A stretch of 64,000 nt of DNA from an uncultured Thermoplasmata archaeon (GTDB taxonomy: Archaea > Thermoplasmatota > Thermoplasmata > Lutacidiplasmatales > UBA184). The position numbers and the translations under genes are program-made. Below the pieces are notes generated by a model. It did not search any database, was not told the origin of the DNA, and was given only the letters and a program-made list of their open reading frames with translations. The stretch lies in NCBI GenBank assembly GCA_963730815.1, contig CAVSTD010000001.1, positions 147,941 to 211,940 of the forward strand, read 5' to 3'. This document shows positions 34,606 through 43,364 of the stretch, one piece after another (within the stretch, counting starts at the first letter, position 1; the number at the start of each line of letters is the position of its first letter).

Positions 34606-36318
34606 ATGCCCGCACGCGTGATGAAGGAATTCCAGGCTCCCCGTGGACTGCCGCGCAAGACCGCGTCGGTCTGCCCCGAGTGTATCAAGGTCATTCCCGC
34701 GATCGTCCGCGAGAAGGAAGGCCGGGTCATCATGGAAAAGACCTGCCGTACCCACGGCTACTTCTGGGACATCATCTCGAACGACGTCGATTTCTACCTC
34801 CGGATGGAGGTCTACGCCCATGACGGGGTCGGTTACGAGAACCCGTACTACGACAAGTTCCGCGGCTGCCCGACCACGTGCGGTATGTGCAGCCACCACA
34901 AGTCCCACACGGGACTCGCGCTCGTCGACCTGACGAACCGCTGCAACCTGAAGTGCCCCGTCTGCTTCGCGAACGCCAACGCCGCGGGCTACGTCTTCGA
35001 GCCGACCCGCGAGCAGATCCACTTCATGCTGAAGACCCTTCGGGAGCAGAAGCCCGTCGGAACGGTCGCGGTCCAGTTCTCGGGCGGCGAACCGACGCTC
35101 TCCCCGCTCTTCCTGGACGCGGTCTCGATGGCCCGCGACCTCGCCTTCAAGCAGATCCAGGTCGCGACGAACGGGATCCGGGTCGCCAACGAGCCCGGCT
35201 TCGCCCAGGCGTGCCGGGACTCGGGTCTCCACACTCTCTACCTCCAGTTCGACGGTCTCGACGACGAGATCTACCGAAAGGTGCGCGGCGTGCCCCTGCT
35301 CAAGGTGAAGCAGAAGGCGATCCAGGCGGCCCGGGAGACGCACTCCCCGGCCACTGAGCTCGCGGCGGGCAAGCCGGACAAGCCGCTCTCCGTCGTGCTC
35401 GTCCCGACCCTCGTGGGCGGGTTCAACGAGAAGGAGATCTGGCCGACGGTGAAGTTCGCGATCGACAACATCGACGTCGTCCGCGGCGTCAACTTCCAGC
35501 CGGTCGCTCTCACCGCACGGATTCCCGACAAGGACCGCTTCCAGATGCGGTTCACCCAGTCGGACCTCGTCCGCATCCTCTGCACGGAGGGTCCGTTCGA
35601 GAAGTCGGACTTCTTCCCCGTCCCGTCCGTGGCCCCGATCTCCGAGCTCGTCTCGATCATCCACGGCGAGGAGAAGATGACCCTGACGACCCACCCCGGC
35701 TGCGGCTGCGCTACCTTCGCGTTCATCTCGAAGGACGGCCAGAAGATCACTCCGCTTCCCCGGTTCATGGACGTCGACGGCTTCTTCGAGAACGTCGAGT
35801 CGATGATCGAGAAGTACCGGGACGCCCGCTTCTCGCGGGTCCGCACGGCCGTCGCGGGAGCCCGTCTGCTCCACGACGTGTCGAAGTACTTCGACTTCTC
35901 GAAGGCCCCGGAGGGCCTGAGCGAGAAGAACTGCGTCAAGGTCATCGCCGGGATCTTCACCGAGGGGAACAAGGAGGCGCTCGCGAAGTTCACGTGGCGC
36001 ACGCTCTACATCGGGAACATGCACTTCCAGGACGCCTACGACTACGATATCCAGCGCCTGATGCGCTGCGATATCCACTACGCGGTCCCCGACGGACGGG
36101 TCATTCCGTTCTGCTCGTACAACTCGGGCCCCATCTACCGGACGGAGGTCGAGAAGAAGTTCTCGATCCCGATCCCCGACTGGCAGGCCGCGAAGAAGTC
36201 GAGCGGGATCCAGCTGAAGACGCTCGAGACCATGGGCGTCAACGGCGAGGTCATCGTCGACCCCGAGTACTACAAGATCCGGGCGCTCAAGGGCGCGCCG
36301 GGCATGTCGTCCGCGTAG
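34606..36318 (+). CDS. tes: radical-SAM tetraether lipid synthase (Tes / GDGT-MAS family, COG1964-like)
   Basis: N-terminal Cys ribbon (CPECIKV..CRTHGY), GCPTTCGMCSHH, radical-SAM LTNRCNLKCPVCFANAN, long C-terminal domain (..YIGNMHFQDAYDYDIQRLMRCDIHY..). ATG 34606 preferred over TTG 34579. Confidence 0.7.
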   Translation: MPARVMKEFQAPRGLPRKTASVCPECIKVIPAIVREKEGRVIMEKTCRTHGYFWDIISNDVDFYLRMEVYAHDGVGYENPYYDKFRGCPTTCGMCSHHKSHTGLALVDLTNRCNLKCPVCFANANAAGYVFEPTREQIHFMLKTLREQKPVGTVAVQFSGGEPTLSPLFLDAVSMARDLAFKQIQVATNGIRVANEPGFAQACRDSGLHTLYLQFDGLDDEIYRKVRGVPLLKVKQKAIQAARETHSPATELAAGKPDKPLSVVLVPTLVGGFNEKEIWPTVKFAIDNIDVVRGVNFQPVALTARIPDKDRFQMRFTQSDLVRILCTEGPFEKSDFFPVPSVAPISELVSIIHGEEKMTLTTHPGCGCATFAFISKDGQKITPLPRFMDVDGFFENVESMIEKYRDARFSRVRTAVAGARLLHDVSKYFDFSKAPEGLSEKNCVKVIAGIFTEGNKEALAKFTWRTLYIGNMHFQDAYDYDIQRLMRCDIHYAVPDGRVIPFCSYNSGPIYRTEVEKKFSIPIPDWQAAKKSSGIQLKTLETMGVNGEVIVDPEYYKIRALKGAPGMSSA

Positions 36319-36381
36319 AGCCGACTCCGGACCCCCGGGCCAACCCTTTCCTCCCCGCTTCGGTTCTACTTACTTTCGAGT

Positions 36382-36834
36382 TCAGGTAACGGTCTCGAAC
36401 AGCGCGGCGCCCGCTTCCCGCCATCGGAGGCTCGCGGGCATCGACCCTTTCTTCTCGCGTTCGAGGCGGCGGTCGATCTCCTTCCAGACGGCGGCGGGCC
36501 GGACCGATCCCTTCGAGGAGGCGGGCGGCGGGGTGTCGGGATGTTGCGTGAGCCAGCGGTCGGCCGCTTCGATGTGCTTGCAGGTCCCGAGGCCCCGGCG
36601 CGCAAAGTCGGCGCACGTGCAGAGGGCCGTCGACCGGTCGGGGTACGTGGGCTGCATAACGAGATAGGCGGTCCGGTGGAGCGGGTTTCGCACCTCCACG
36701 AGAGGATACGGGTCGCGTTGGAGCAGACGAATGTCGAGAGGTTCCTCGAGCGCCCGGGAGCGCCGTTCGCTCCGCTCCTCCGCGAGGTCGCGCGGCTCCG
36801 GAGTCCGTGACGGCGGTGCTCGCGGCCGGTCCAT
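36382..36834 (-). CDS. SWIM zinc-finger protein
   Basis: CTCADFARRGLGTCKHIEA matches CxCx(n)CxH of SWIM. Confidence 0.65.
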   Translation of the reverse strand: MDRPRAPPSRTPEPRDLAEERSERRSRALEEPLDIRLLQRDPYPLVEVRNPLHRTAYLVMQPTYPDRSTALCTCADFARRGLGTCKHIEAADRWLTQHPDTPPPASSKGSVRPAAVWKEIDRRLEREKKGSMPASLRWREAGAALFETVT

Positions 36835-37023
36835 GCGACGGTACCCGGGGAACGCTACTTAGGGATTCCCGACCGCCGGAGGGAGTCGCCCCTTCGGACC
36901 AAAGTTTGTTATCGTACTCCGCGGTCACGCGGTCGAAAGTAACCGGGTCCGCCGCTTCGCGCCCACGACCCCGCCGGGTCCCGAGGCGCCCAGCCCCGGA
37001 AGGTTCGGAGAACGCACGGACCC

Positions 37024-38344
37024 ATGGACCCGACCACGGAGTTCATCGTCGGGCTCTTCCTCCTCGTCGCCGTCTCCATCCTCGCGGGCGAACTCTTCAG
37101 CCGCTTCGGACTCCCGGCGTTGGTCGGGCAGATTCTGGTCGGGTTGGTGGTGGGCCCGAGCCTCTTCGGCAACGCCCTCGGGCTCACCAGCATCTCGAGC
37201 GAGTTCCTGGGGATCCAGTTCGTCGCGACGTTCTTCATCCTCATGATGGCGGGTCTCGCCGTGACCCCGGCGCAGATCCGGGCGACCGGCCTATCCGCGG
37301 GCGCGCTCGGGATAGCCATCTTCCTCGTCCCGTTCCTTACGGGCGCCGGACTCGTCCGACTTCTCTATCCGGGGCTGCCGACCGACACCGTGTTGTTCAT
37401 CTCACTCACGATCTCGATCACGGCGCTCCCGGTGCTCGGCATCATGCTGAGGGAATTCGACCTCACCGACACCCGGTTTGGCGCTTTCCTGCTCAATAGT
37501 TCGGTGGTGAACGAGCTCGCCGCGGTGGCGGTGTTCGCCGTCCTCCTTCGAATCCATTCCACTTCGGGAAATCCGTGGCTCGCTATCGCGATCGGCATTG
37601 CGACCGTGGGCCTGTTCCTCTCGACGATCCTCGCGGTTCACATGGGCCTCGAGAGCCTGCGTCATCTCCAGGTCTGGGATCGCTGGGTGGAGCGCTTTCG
37701 TCTCACCTGGCGCTCGCGCGAGGCAGGATTCGGGATCCTCATGGTGGCCGGTCTCGGCGCCGCGCTCTATTCACAATCCCTCGGGCTCACGTTCATCGTC
37801 GGAGCGTTCTTCGCGGGCCTTCTCGTCACGCCCGAGAGCGCCGGCCGCAGGGGCCACCGAACCTTTTCGCTGGTCTTCAGTGCTATCACGTGGGGATTCT
37901 TCATCCCCCTCTTCTTCGCGCTGGTCGGCTTCGGGATGGACTTCACTACCTTCAGCCTGGCCGACGATTCCGTGCTTGTCTTCCTCGCCCTCGTGGCCTT
38001 TGCGTTCTTCTCGAAGGTGTTTGTCGGGAGCGCGTTCACCCGCACGCTCGGATGGTCGGGGAACGAATCGCTGTGTGCGGGCATGCTCGTCTCGAGCCGA
38101 GGGGCGGGCCAGCTGGCCATGGCGGTAATCCTCCTCGAGCAGGGGATCTTCACGGTCCAGCTCTATACGGTCGTTGCCGGGGTAGGGGCTCCTCACCACT
38201 CTGTTCGCCCCGATCGGGGCCAAGCCGTTCGTCCGGTCGATCACCGCGGAACGCCGGGCGTCGGTCGAACGGGCCCACGCGATCGCCGAGAGTCTGCCGC
38301 CCCGCAGTTTCTTCGCCGACGGGGAGACCGACCCTCCACGCTGA
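37024..38344 (+). CDS. CPA2-family cation:proton antiporter, with an apparent frameshift near the C-terminus
   Basis: GLPALVGQILVGLVVGPSLFG and multiple TM helices. At G-run 38185-38188 the listed ORF turns into junk (APHHSVRPDRGQ), while the +1 frame reads LLTTLFAPIGAKPFVRSITAERRASVERAHAIAESLPPRSFFADGETDPPR, TGA 38342-38344. Confidence 0.8.
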
Positions 38345-38406
38345 CGCCCCGAGAAAGCTCGGACCTCGGCCACCACGGTTATCTTCCGGCCGTCGACTGA
38401 CCCGCT

Positions 38407-38634
38407 ATGTCCGTCGCGGAAACGCCTCCGGCCCGCCGGAGCCGTGGGCCCGCCCTTTCAAAGTCCGCGAAGATCGGTCTCGGACTCCTCCTCACGCTGG
38501 TGGGATTGTTCCTGCTCGTGGTGCTCTTCCCCACGGACCCGGGCCGCTTCTCCACGGTCCTTCCCGTGGCAGCGGCCGGCATCGCGGCCCTGTGGGTCGG
38601 CGGCATCCTGATGGGCGTCGGCAGCCGATCGTAA
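38407..38634 (+). CDS. small membrane protein (2 TM)
   Basis: 75 aa. IGLGLLLTLVGLFLLVVLF and VLPVAAAGIAALWVGGILMGV. Confidence 0.4.
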   Translation: MSVAETPPARRSRGPALSKSAKIGLGLLLTLVGLFLLVVLFPTDPGRFSTVLPVAAAGIAALWVGGILMGVGSRS

Positions 38635-38644
38635 GGGGTCGTCC

Positions 38645-39298
38645 GTGCAACGAACGTTCCCTTGGCGTCTCGTGACCGTCGACATCGACGGAACCTTGAC
38701 CCTGCGCCACGGCTGGAGGGACCTCGCGGTCGCCTTCGACCGCCTCGACGCGTTCGAGGGGACGAACCGACGCTTCTTTGCGCACGAGATCGGGGAGGAC
38801 CCGCACCTCGCGAACCTTCTGGATATCGCGACCGGTCATACCGTGGCCGAGGTCGAGGCCGTCGTGGAACGCACCCCCAAGCTCCGCGGGATCCGGGACG
38901 GGATTTCGCGACTGCACCGCCTCGGAGCTCGAGTCGCTTTGCTCACCCACAACCCGACCTATGTGGTGGACTGGTACCGTCGTACGTTCGGGTTTGACGA
39001 CGCGGGAGGAGTGACCGGTCAGACCGTGATGGACGGGCGAATCGGTCCTCCGACGCAGGTTCGTGCCAATAAGCCGGGGGGGTTGCGTTCGCTGCTTTCC
39101 CGCTCGGAGGTTCCGGCCACCTCGGCGGTCCACGTCGGGGACGGCCGGTCCGACGCGGAGGTGTTCCGGCTGATCGGTGGCGGAATCGCTCTCAATTCAC
39201 CGTTTCCCGACGTGAATCGAGCGGCGGACCTTGCGCTTTCCACCGAGAACTTCGAAGAAGTGGTGGACGGGCTCTCGCGCCTCCACCCCCGAACGTGA
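38645..39298 (+). CDS. HAD-superfamily (subfamily IB-like) hydrolase
   Basis: DxDxT motif VTVDIDGTLT, later LLTHNP and VGDGRSD. Confidence 0.8.
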   Translation: MQRTFPWRLVTVDIDGTLTLRHGWRDLAVAFDRLDAFEGTNRRFFAHEIGEDPHLANLLDIATGHTVAEVEAVVERTPKLRGIRDGISRLHRLGARVALLTHNPTYVVDWYRRTFGFDDAGGVTGQTVMDGRIGPPTQVRANKPGGLRSLLSRSEVPATSAVHVGDGRSDAEVFRLIGGGIALNSPFPDVNRAADLALSTENFEEVVDGLSRLHPRT

Positions 39299-39358
39299 AG
39301 TACGACCCGCTGCGGTGCACAGAATTCTTATATCGCCGCTCCGTCGATTGACCTCGCG

Positions 39359-39937
39359 ATGGAGTATGTCATCGTCCGCGCCACGCACCCGACCTGGCTC
39401 ACGCTGCAGCTCCCGAGCGAGGTCGCGGAGCTGATCTGCTTCCGGCCCGAAGCCGGAACCCATCGGGACCAGAGCCGGACGATCTCCTTCCTCGCGCGGG
39501 GCTCGGGGGTCGCCCGGGTCATCGCCTCGCATCCCGCTCGCGAGGCGCTCGCGATCGAGACGGTTCGCAACCGCCTGATCGCGTCGGCCCGGCCCGGTGA
39601 ACGCCACCTGTTCACCCTCCCCGCTCCCGTCGTGCAGCACCTGGGCCTGCAGGTCTACTCCCGCGGTCCGAAGCTTCGAGGCACGGACGACCGAATCCTC
39701 TGGTTCGTCCCGGCGCCCGAATACTACGAATACCGCTCGGTGGTCGAGGCCGGCAAGAACTGGAACGGCCCCTCGGGAGGTCCCTTCGCCCGCGTCTACG
39801 TCACGAAGTCGCTCTATCCGTTCCCCAAGGAGCTCGCACAACTGGCGGAGGTCGAGTATCGGATCGAGGAGGAGGAATGGCGGCCGGCCGTGGAGGCCCT
39901 TCAGCGCGTGGGTCGGGGCCGCCGGGTCGTCCTGTAA
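39359..39937 (+). CDS. hypothetical protein
   Basis: 192 aa with normal composition. TTCTTATATC (39326-39335) 28 nt upstream fits a leaderless promoter. A possible AbrB-like strand-turn (HLFTLPAPVVQHLGL) is only an impression. Confidence 0.5.
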   Translation: MEYVIVRATHPTWLTLQLPSEVAELICFRPEAGTHRDQSRTISFLARGSGVARVIASHPAREALAIETVRNRLIASARPGERHLFTLPAPVVQHLGLQVYSRGPKLRGTDDRILWFVPAPEYYEYRSVVEAGKNWNGPSGGPFARVYVTKSLYPFPKELAQLAEVEYRIEEEEWRPAVEALQRVGRGRRVVL

Positions 39938-40076
39938 CCTTCCCGGAGGTTCTTTTCCCCTAATTTCAGCGGTGAACCGAGACCCCCGGAAGCGGGACCC
40001 TCCCCCAGGGTCGTACTTCAGAGTCCCACGAAATTTCCATAGTTACATATACCGGTCCGAAGGATAGATTCCACCC

Positions 40077-40745
40077 ATGCGGGGCACGGCCAGCGGGGCC
40101 TCGAAGGACCCCGGTCCCAGGCGGTACACCCTTCGCAACCCGGTGCCGCTCCGGACGGAGGAGGACATGACGACGACCCGTGCGGGGATCCCTACCGATA
40201 CCGCGTTGTCGTATGCCGCCGGACCCGTCGATTTTGACTCGCTGGCGAAGGCGATCCGTCGCTCGGTGGGCCACGAAGGCATGCGACCCGAGGACGCCCG
40301 TTCGATCGCGGCCCACGTCCTGAATTTCTTCGGATTCAACGAGAGGATCATCGACAACGTCCTCGAACCGGACGACCGCGACACGTTCTACATGCTCGAG
40401 GACACGGGCATCCTCGAGACCGAGCGCGACGAGACGACGCTCTACGACGGCCGCGAGTGGAGGATTCATTATTGGATGTTCCGAAAGGAGCGGATCTTCG
40501 AACTGGCCCGTGAAGAGTCGGCCGCCATGGCCGCGGCGGGCGAGAAGGAGGTCGTCTACTCCTCGAACGCCAACCGATCGGGAGCGTTCCTGCTGCCGCA
40601 CGGGGAGCTCGGGACGGGCATGGCCGCCCACGCCGTATATCATGAGCTCGGCGACGAGGTCTGGCTCGAACGTCGCCAGAATCCCTCCCCGGCGCCCCCT
40701 GCGCCGCCCGCCCCGCGCCGACGGGCCCACGTCGACGAAGAGTAG
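40077..40745 (+). CDS. hypothetical protein, conserved-looking core
   Basis: 222 aa. Core IAAHVLNFFGFNERIIDNVLEPDDRDTFYMLEDTGILETERDETTLYDGREWRIHYW. TTACATATA (40043-40051) 30 nt upstream of the ATG. Confidence 0.5.
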   Translation: MRGTASGASKDPGPRRYTLRNPVPLRTEEDMTTTRAGIPTDTALSYAAGPVDFDSLAKAIRRSVGHEGMRPEDARSIAAHVLNFFGFNERIIDNVLEPDDRDTFYMLEDTGILETERDETTLYDGREWRIHYWMFRKERIFELAREESAAMAAAGEKEVVYSSNANRSGAFLLPHGELGTGMAAHAVYHELGDEVWLERRQNPSPAPPAPPAPRRRAHVDEE

Positions 40746-40802
40746 ATTGGCCCCCTTCGGCCGTTCCGAACCGTTAACCTTCCGGGCGCGTCGTCCTTCG
40801 AG

Positions 40803-41432
40803 ATGCGCCGGTTCCTCCTCCTCGCCCACCGGGTGCCCACGGGCGGCCAGTTCACTCTCAACGACCTCGCGGGCGGGGCCGGTCGCATGGACGAGGTGGC
40901 GCGGGCGGTTTCCACCGCCTTCACGACCTCGAACGACCTGCGCCGCGACACCGAGGTGACCGTCCTCTTCGTCGCCGACCCGCCTCCGAAGGCTCGGCGC
41001 ATCGACCTCGTCGGGGCGAGACTTCGGTACCTGAACCCGGACGAGCGCTCCACGGCCGCGCTCCTCAAGAACGCCCTGGTCCGGTCGGTGGATTTTCCGC
41101 GTCCGTTCGAGTCCTCTCCCGGTCTGACAGTGAGCGCCGCCGAACCGACGGCGGACCTGCGGGCGTTCCTCTCCCAGCCCAACGCCGTCTGGCTGAGCGA
41201 GGACGGTCGCTCGATCGAGGAGTGGTCCTCGCCGGGCGGTCACATCGCCGCGGTCGTCTCGGACCCGTACGACCCAACGCCCGAAGAACGCGACCTCCTG
41301 ACCGCGAGCAACGTTCCCCGGCTTTCGGTCGGTCCTCGCTCGCTGCGGACCAGCCAGGTGGTCGACCTGGTCCATCACGAGCTCGACCTCCGGGAGGCCG
41401 GGCGGCCGGCGACCGGAGCCTCAAGCCCCTAG
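40803..41432 (+). CDS. trmY: tRNA (pseudouridine54-N1)-methyltransferase TrmY (SPOUT, DUF358)
   Basis: MRRFLLLAHRVPTGGQFTLNDLAGGAGRMDEVARAV..NPDERSTA..LSVGPRSLRTSQVVDLVHHELD parallels the Mj1640-type TrmY pattern as I recall it. Confidence 0.8.
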   Translation: MRRFLLLAHRVPTGGQFTLNDLAGGAGRMDEVARAVSTAFTTSNDLRRDTEVTVLFVADPPPKARRIDLVGARLRYLNPDERSTAALLKNALVRSVDFPRPFESSPGLTVSAAEPTADLRAFLSQPNAVWLSEDGRSIEEWSSPGGHIAAVVSDPYDPTPEERDLLTASNVPRLSVGPRSLRTSQVVDLVHHELDLREAGRPATGASSP

Positions 41433-42460
41433 TGGACGAACATGGGCCGGGTGATCTCGGCCGTACTCTCGAGTGCTTCGCGCACCGACCTCGGTCGGAG
41501 GCCCCCGATGACGGCGGTCAGGTGGACGACTTCCCTCGGCTCGGGTCGGACCCGGGTCCCGAAGACGAGGCGGTCGGGGTTGTTGAGTCGCGCGCTCATC
41601 GTGCGCAGGACCCGGTCGAGCGTCCGCAGGGTGAGGTTCGAGCCGCCGTCCAGGTGGACGAGCGCCGACGACTTCTCGGAGAGGTGGAAATCGAGCAACG
41701 AGTCCGTGAGGGCCTGCTGGACCAGTCGCTCCGGCTCGGAGATGTGGTATTCGCCGACCAGCAGCGTCGAGAGCCCCGCGTCCCGGAGGTGATTCTTGAG
41801 GCTCGCGAGGTCGACGTTGAGCTGGGAGGGGTTCTCGATCATGTCGACAAGGCTCGAGACGAGCGAGTGAATGTAGGCGTTCCTCACGTGGAATACCCGG
41901 TGGATCGGCAGCGATTCGAAGCGTCGCAGCTTCTCGTTCGCGAGCGCCACGAGGAGACCGCCCATCTTCTCGAGCTCCGTGACCGTCTCCTCCACGTTGT
42001 CCCGACGGGTCTGGTTGTTGTCGAGCTCGAGCTGGAACGGAAGAAAGACGACGGGGACGGCGAGGGTCTCGGTCGAGCGGAGCGCGCGCGAAAGGAACGG
42101 CAGGAGGGCGCTCCCGGTCCCGCCGCCGAGACCGGCGAGCAGAAAGACGATCTCGAAGGGCCGAAGGCGACGGAGGAGCTCTTCCTTTCCGTCCTCGGCA
42201 GCCCGAAGGACGAGGGCCCGGTCGCCGCCGCTTCCGCGACCGCGCAGCTCCCGGTTTCCGATCAGGATCCGCTCCTCCACGCCGCTGCGCAGAAGGTGGG
42301 CCGCGTCCGTATTCACGGCGATCGCGCGGACCCCCGGAATTCCGAGGGCGATCAGGTCCTGGACCGCCTCGCTCCCCGCACCGCCCAGTCCGACAACCCC
42401 GACCGAGGGGTTCCCGGCGAGAGAGCTCCAATCGTTGGCGGAGAGCGGTTCGTAGCTCAT
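41429..42460 (-). CDS. ftsZ: FtsZ/tubulin-family GTPase (FtsZ paralog)
   Basis: GVVGLGGAGSEAV, AVNTDAAHL, tubulin signature AGLGGGTGS, NVDLASLKNHL. Confidence 0.8.
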   Translation of the reverse strand: MSYEPLSANDWSSLAGNPSVGVVGLGGAGSEAVQDLIALGIPGVRAIAVNTDAAHLLRSGVEERILIGNRELRGRGSGGDRALVLRAAEDGKEELLRRLRPFEIVFLLAGLGGGTGSALLPFLSRALRSTETLAVPVVFLPFQLELDNNQTRRDNVEETVTELEKMGGLLVALANEKLRRFESLPIHRVFHVRNAYIHSLVSSLVDMIENPSQLNVDLASLKNHLRDAGLSTLLVGEYHISEPERLVQQALTDSLLDFHLSEKSSALVHLDGGSNLTLRTLDRVLRTMSARLNNPDRLVFGTRVRPEPREVVHLTAVIGGLRPRSVREALESTAEITRPMFVH

Positions 42461-42474
42461 GGTCCCCTCGCCGC

Positions 42475-42840
42475 TCAGGGCGGAGGGGATCCCTCTGCCG
42501 CGACCGGTTCCCCCTCCCGACGGTGGGTGCGGGCGGACGGGCCCAACTGCTCGATCCGGCTGCGAATGTACTCGCGGACGGCGGAGCGGACCGCGTCGTC
42601 GACGCTGACGGAGTTCCCTTCCCGGACGAACTCCTCGAGCCGGCTATTGTCCTGCCGGGAGAGCTCGACGACGACCTTGCGAATGTTCTGGGGAGGGAGG
42701 TTCAGCTCGATGTGCTGCTCGAGCCCTTCCCGGATCGTATCGGAGATCGTCGGCGTGCCCTTGAGCTGCTGAATCTGCTTCAGCTTCTCGAGCAGTTCCT
42801 GCGGGATGCGTACCGTCACCCGCTCCGACGTGTCGGCCAT
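42475..42840 (-). CDS. tandem ribbon-helix-helix (CopG-like) DNA-binding protein, CdrS/CdrL-like position upstream of ftsZ
   Basis: ATG 42840 (MADTSERVTVRIPQELLEKLKQI..). Second RHH-like unit RKVVVELSRQDNSRLEEFV..DDAVRSAVREYI. Its stop is 14 nt from the ftsZ start. Confidence 0.65.
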   Translation of the reverse strand: MADTSERVTVRIPQELLEKLKQIQQLKGTPTISDTIREGLEQHIELNLPPQNIRKVVVELSRQDNSRLEEFVREGNSVSVDDAVRSAVREYIRSRIEQLGPSARTHRREGEPVAAEGSPPP

Positions 42841-42844
42841 GTCC

Positions 42845-42873
42845 GTCAGACAAGACCCCTTTCTTTGTCTGAC
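42845..42873. repeat. perfect 9-bp inverted repeat at the 5' end of the RHH-ftsZ unit
   Basis: GTCAGACAA-N11-TTGTCTGAC (42845-42853 / 42865-42873). It starts 5 nt upstream of ATG 42840 and lies downstream of TATA-like GGTATATG (42893-42900). Confidence 0.6.
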
Positions 42874-42987
42874 GAATGACATATCGGACTACTGGTATAT
42901 GAAACGCTCTGGGAGCGCGAACTCGATGCGCCGCGCCCAAGGAAACCGGGGACGCTCGGCCCCCCGAGCGATGCTCGGCGAACGGCC

Positions 42988-43278
42988 TCAGCAAGCGCCG
43001 CGTTCGACGACCTCTTCGCAACTGGACGCCGGCAGGACTTCGAGGGAGCCGGCCTGGGCGAACGGTGCGAGCCAGGTCTTCACCGCCTGTTCGTTCGGAC
43101 CGTCGACCACGAGGTAGAGGTGATGCTGCCCGCGGGCGACCGCCTCGCCGTGGATCTTCACCCCATGCTTCGCGGCCTCGGGGCTCGAGAGCAACTGCAA
43201 GAGGAAGGGGGCCATCTGCGGGTTCGCGGCCGGGCAGCGGTCGGAGGGGTGGCGGTGTTCGGCGACGAAGAGCGGCAT
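42988..43278 (-). CDS. small Cys-containing hypothetical protein
   Basis: ORF 42988..43326 trimmed to ATG 43278 (MPLFVAEHRHPSDRCPAANP...). 96 aa. No family recognised. Confidence 0.4.
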   Translation of the reverse strand: MPLFVAEHRHPSDRCPAANPQMAPFLLQLLSSPEAAKHGVKIHGEAVARGQHHLYLVVDGPNEQAVKTWLAPFAQAGSLEVLPASSCEEVVERGAC

Positions 43279-43364
43279 GCCGTGCGGTAACGGGCCGGGG
43301 TCTACTCGCTGTCGGTAGGCGCACATTCCGGCGGACCCTGGGAGGATCCGCGCCGACGCTCCGC

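Noticed and set aside
42881-42888. A third occurrence of ATATCGGA (in the RHH-ftsZ upstream region), considered as part of the PadR/ABC shared motif.
   Set aside because: Only 8 nt match. ATATCG-like strings recur in several TATA-like promoter elements of this window (for example 39329-39335), so this copy is probably just promoter-like sequence.
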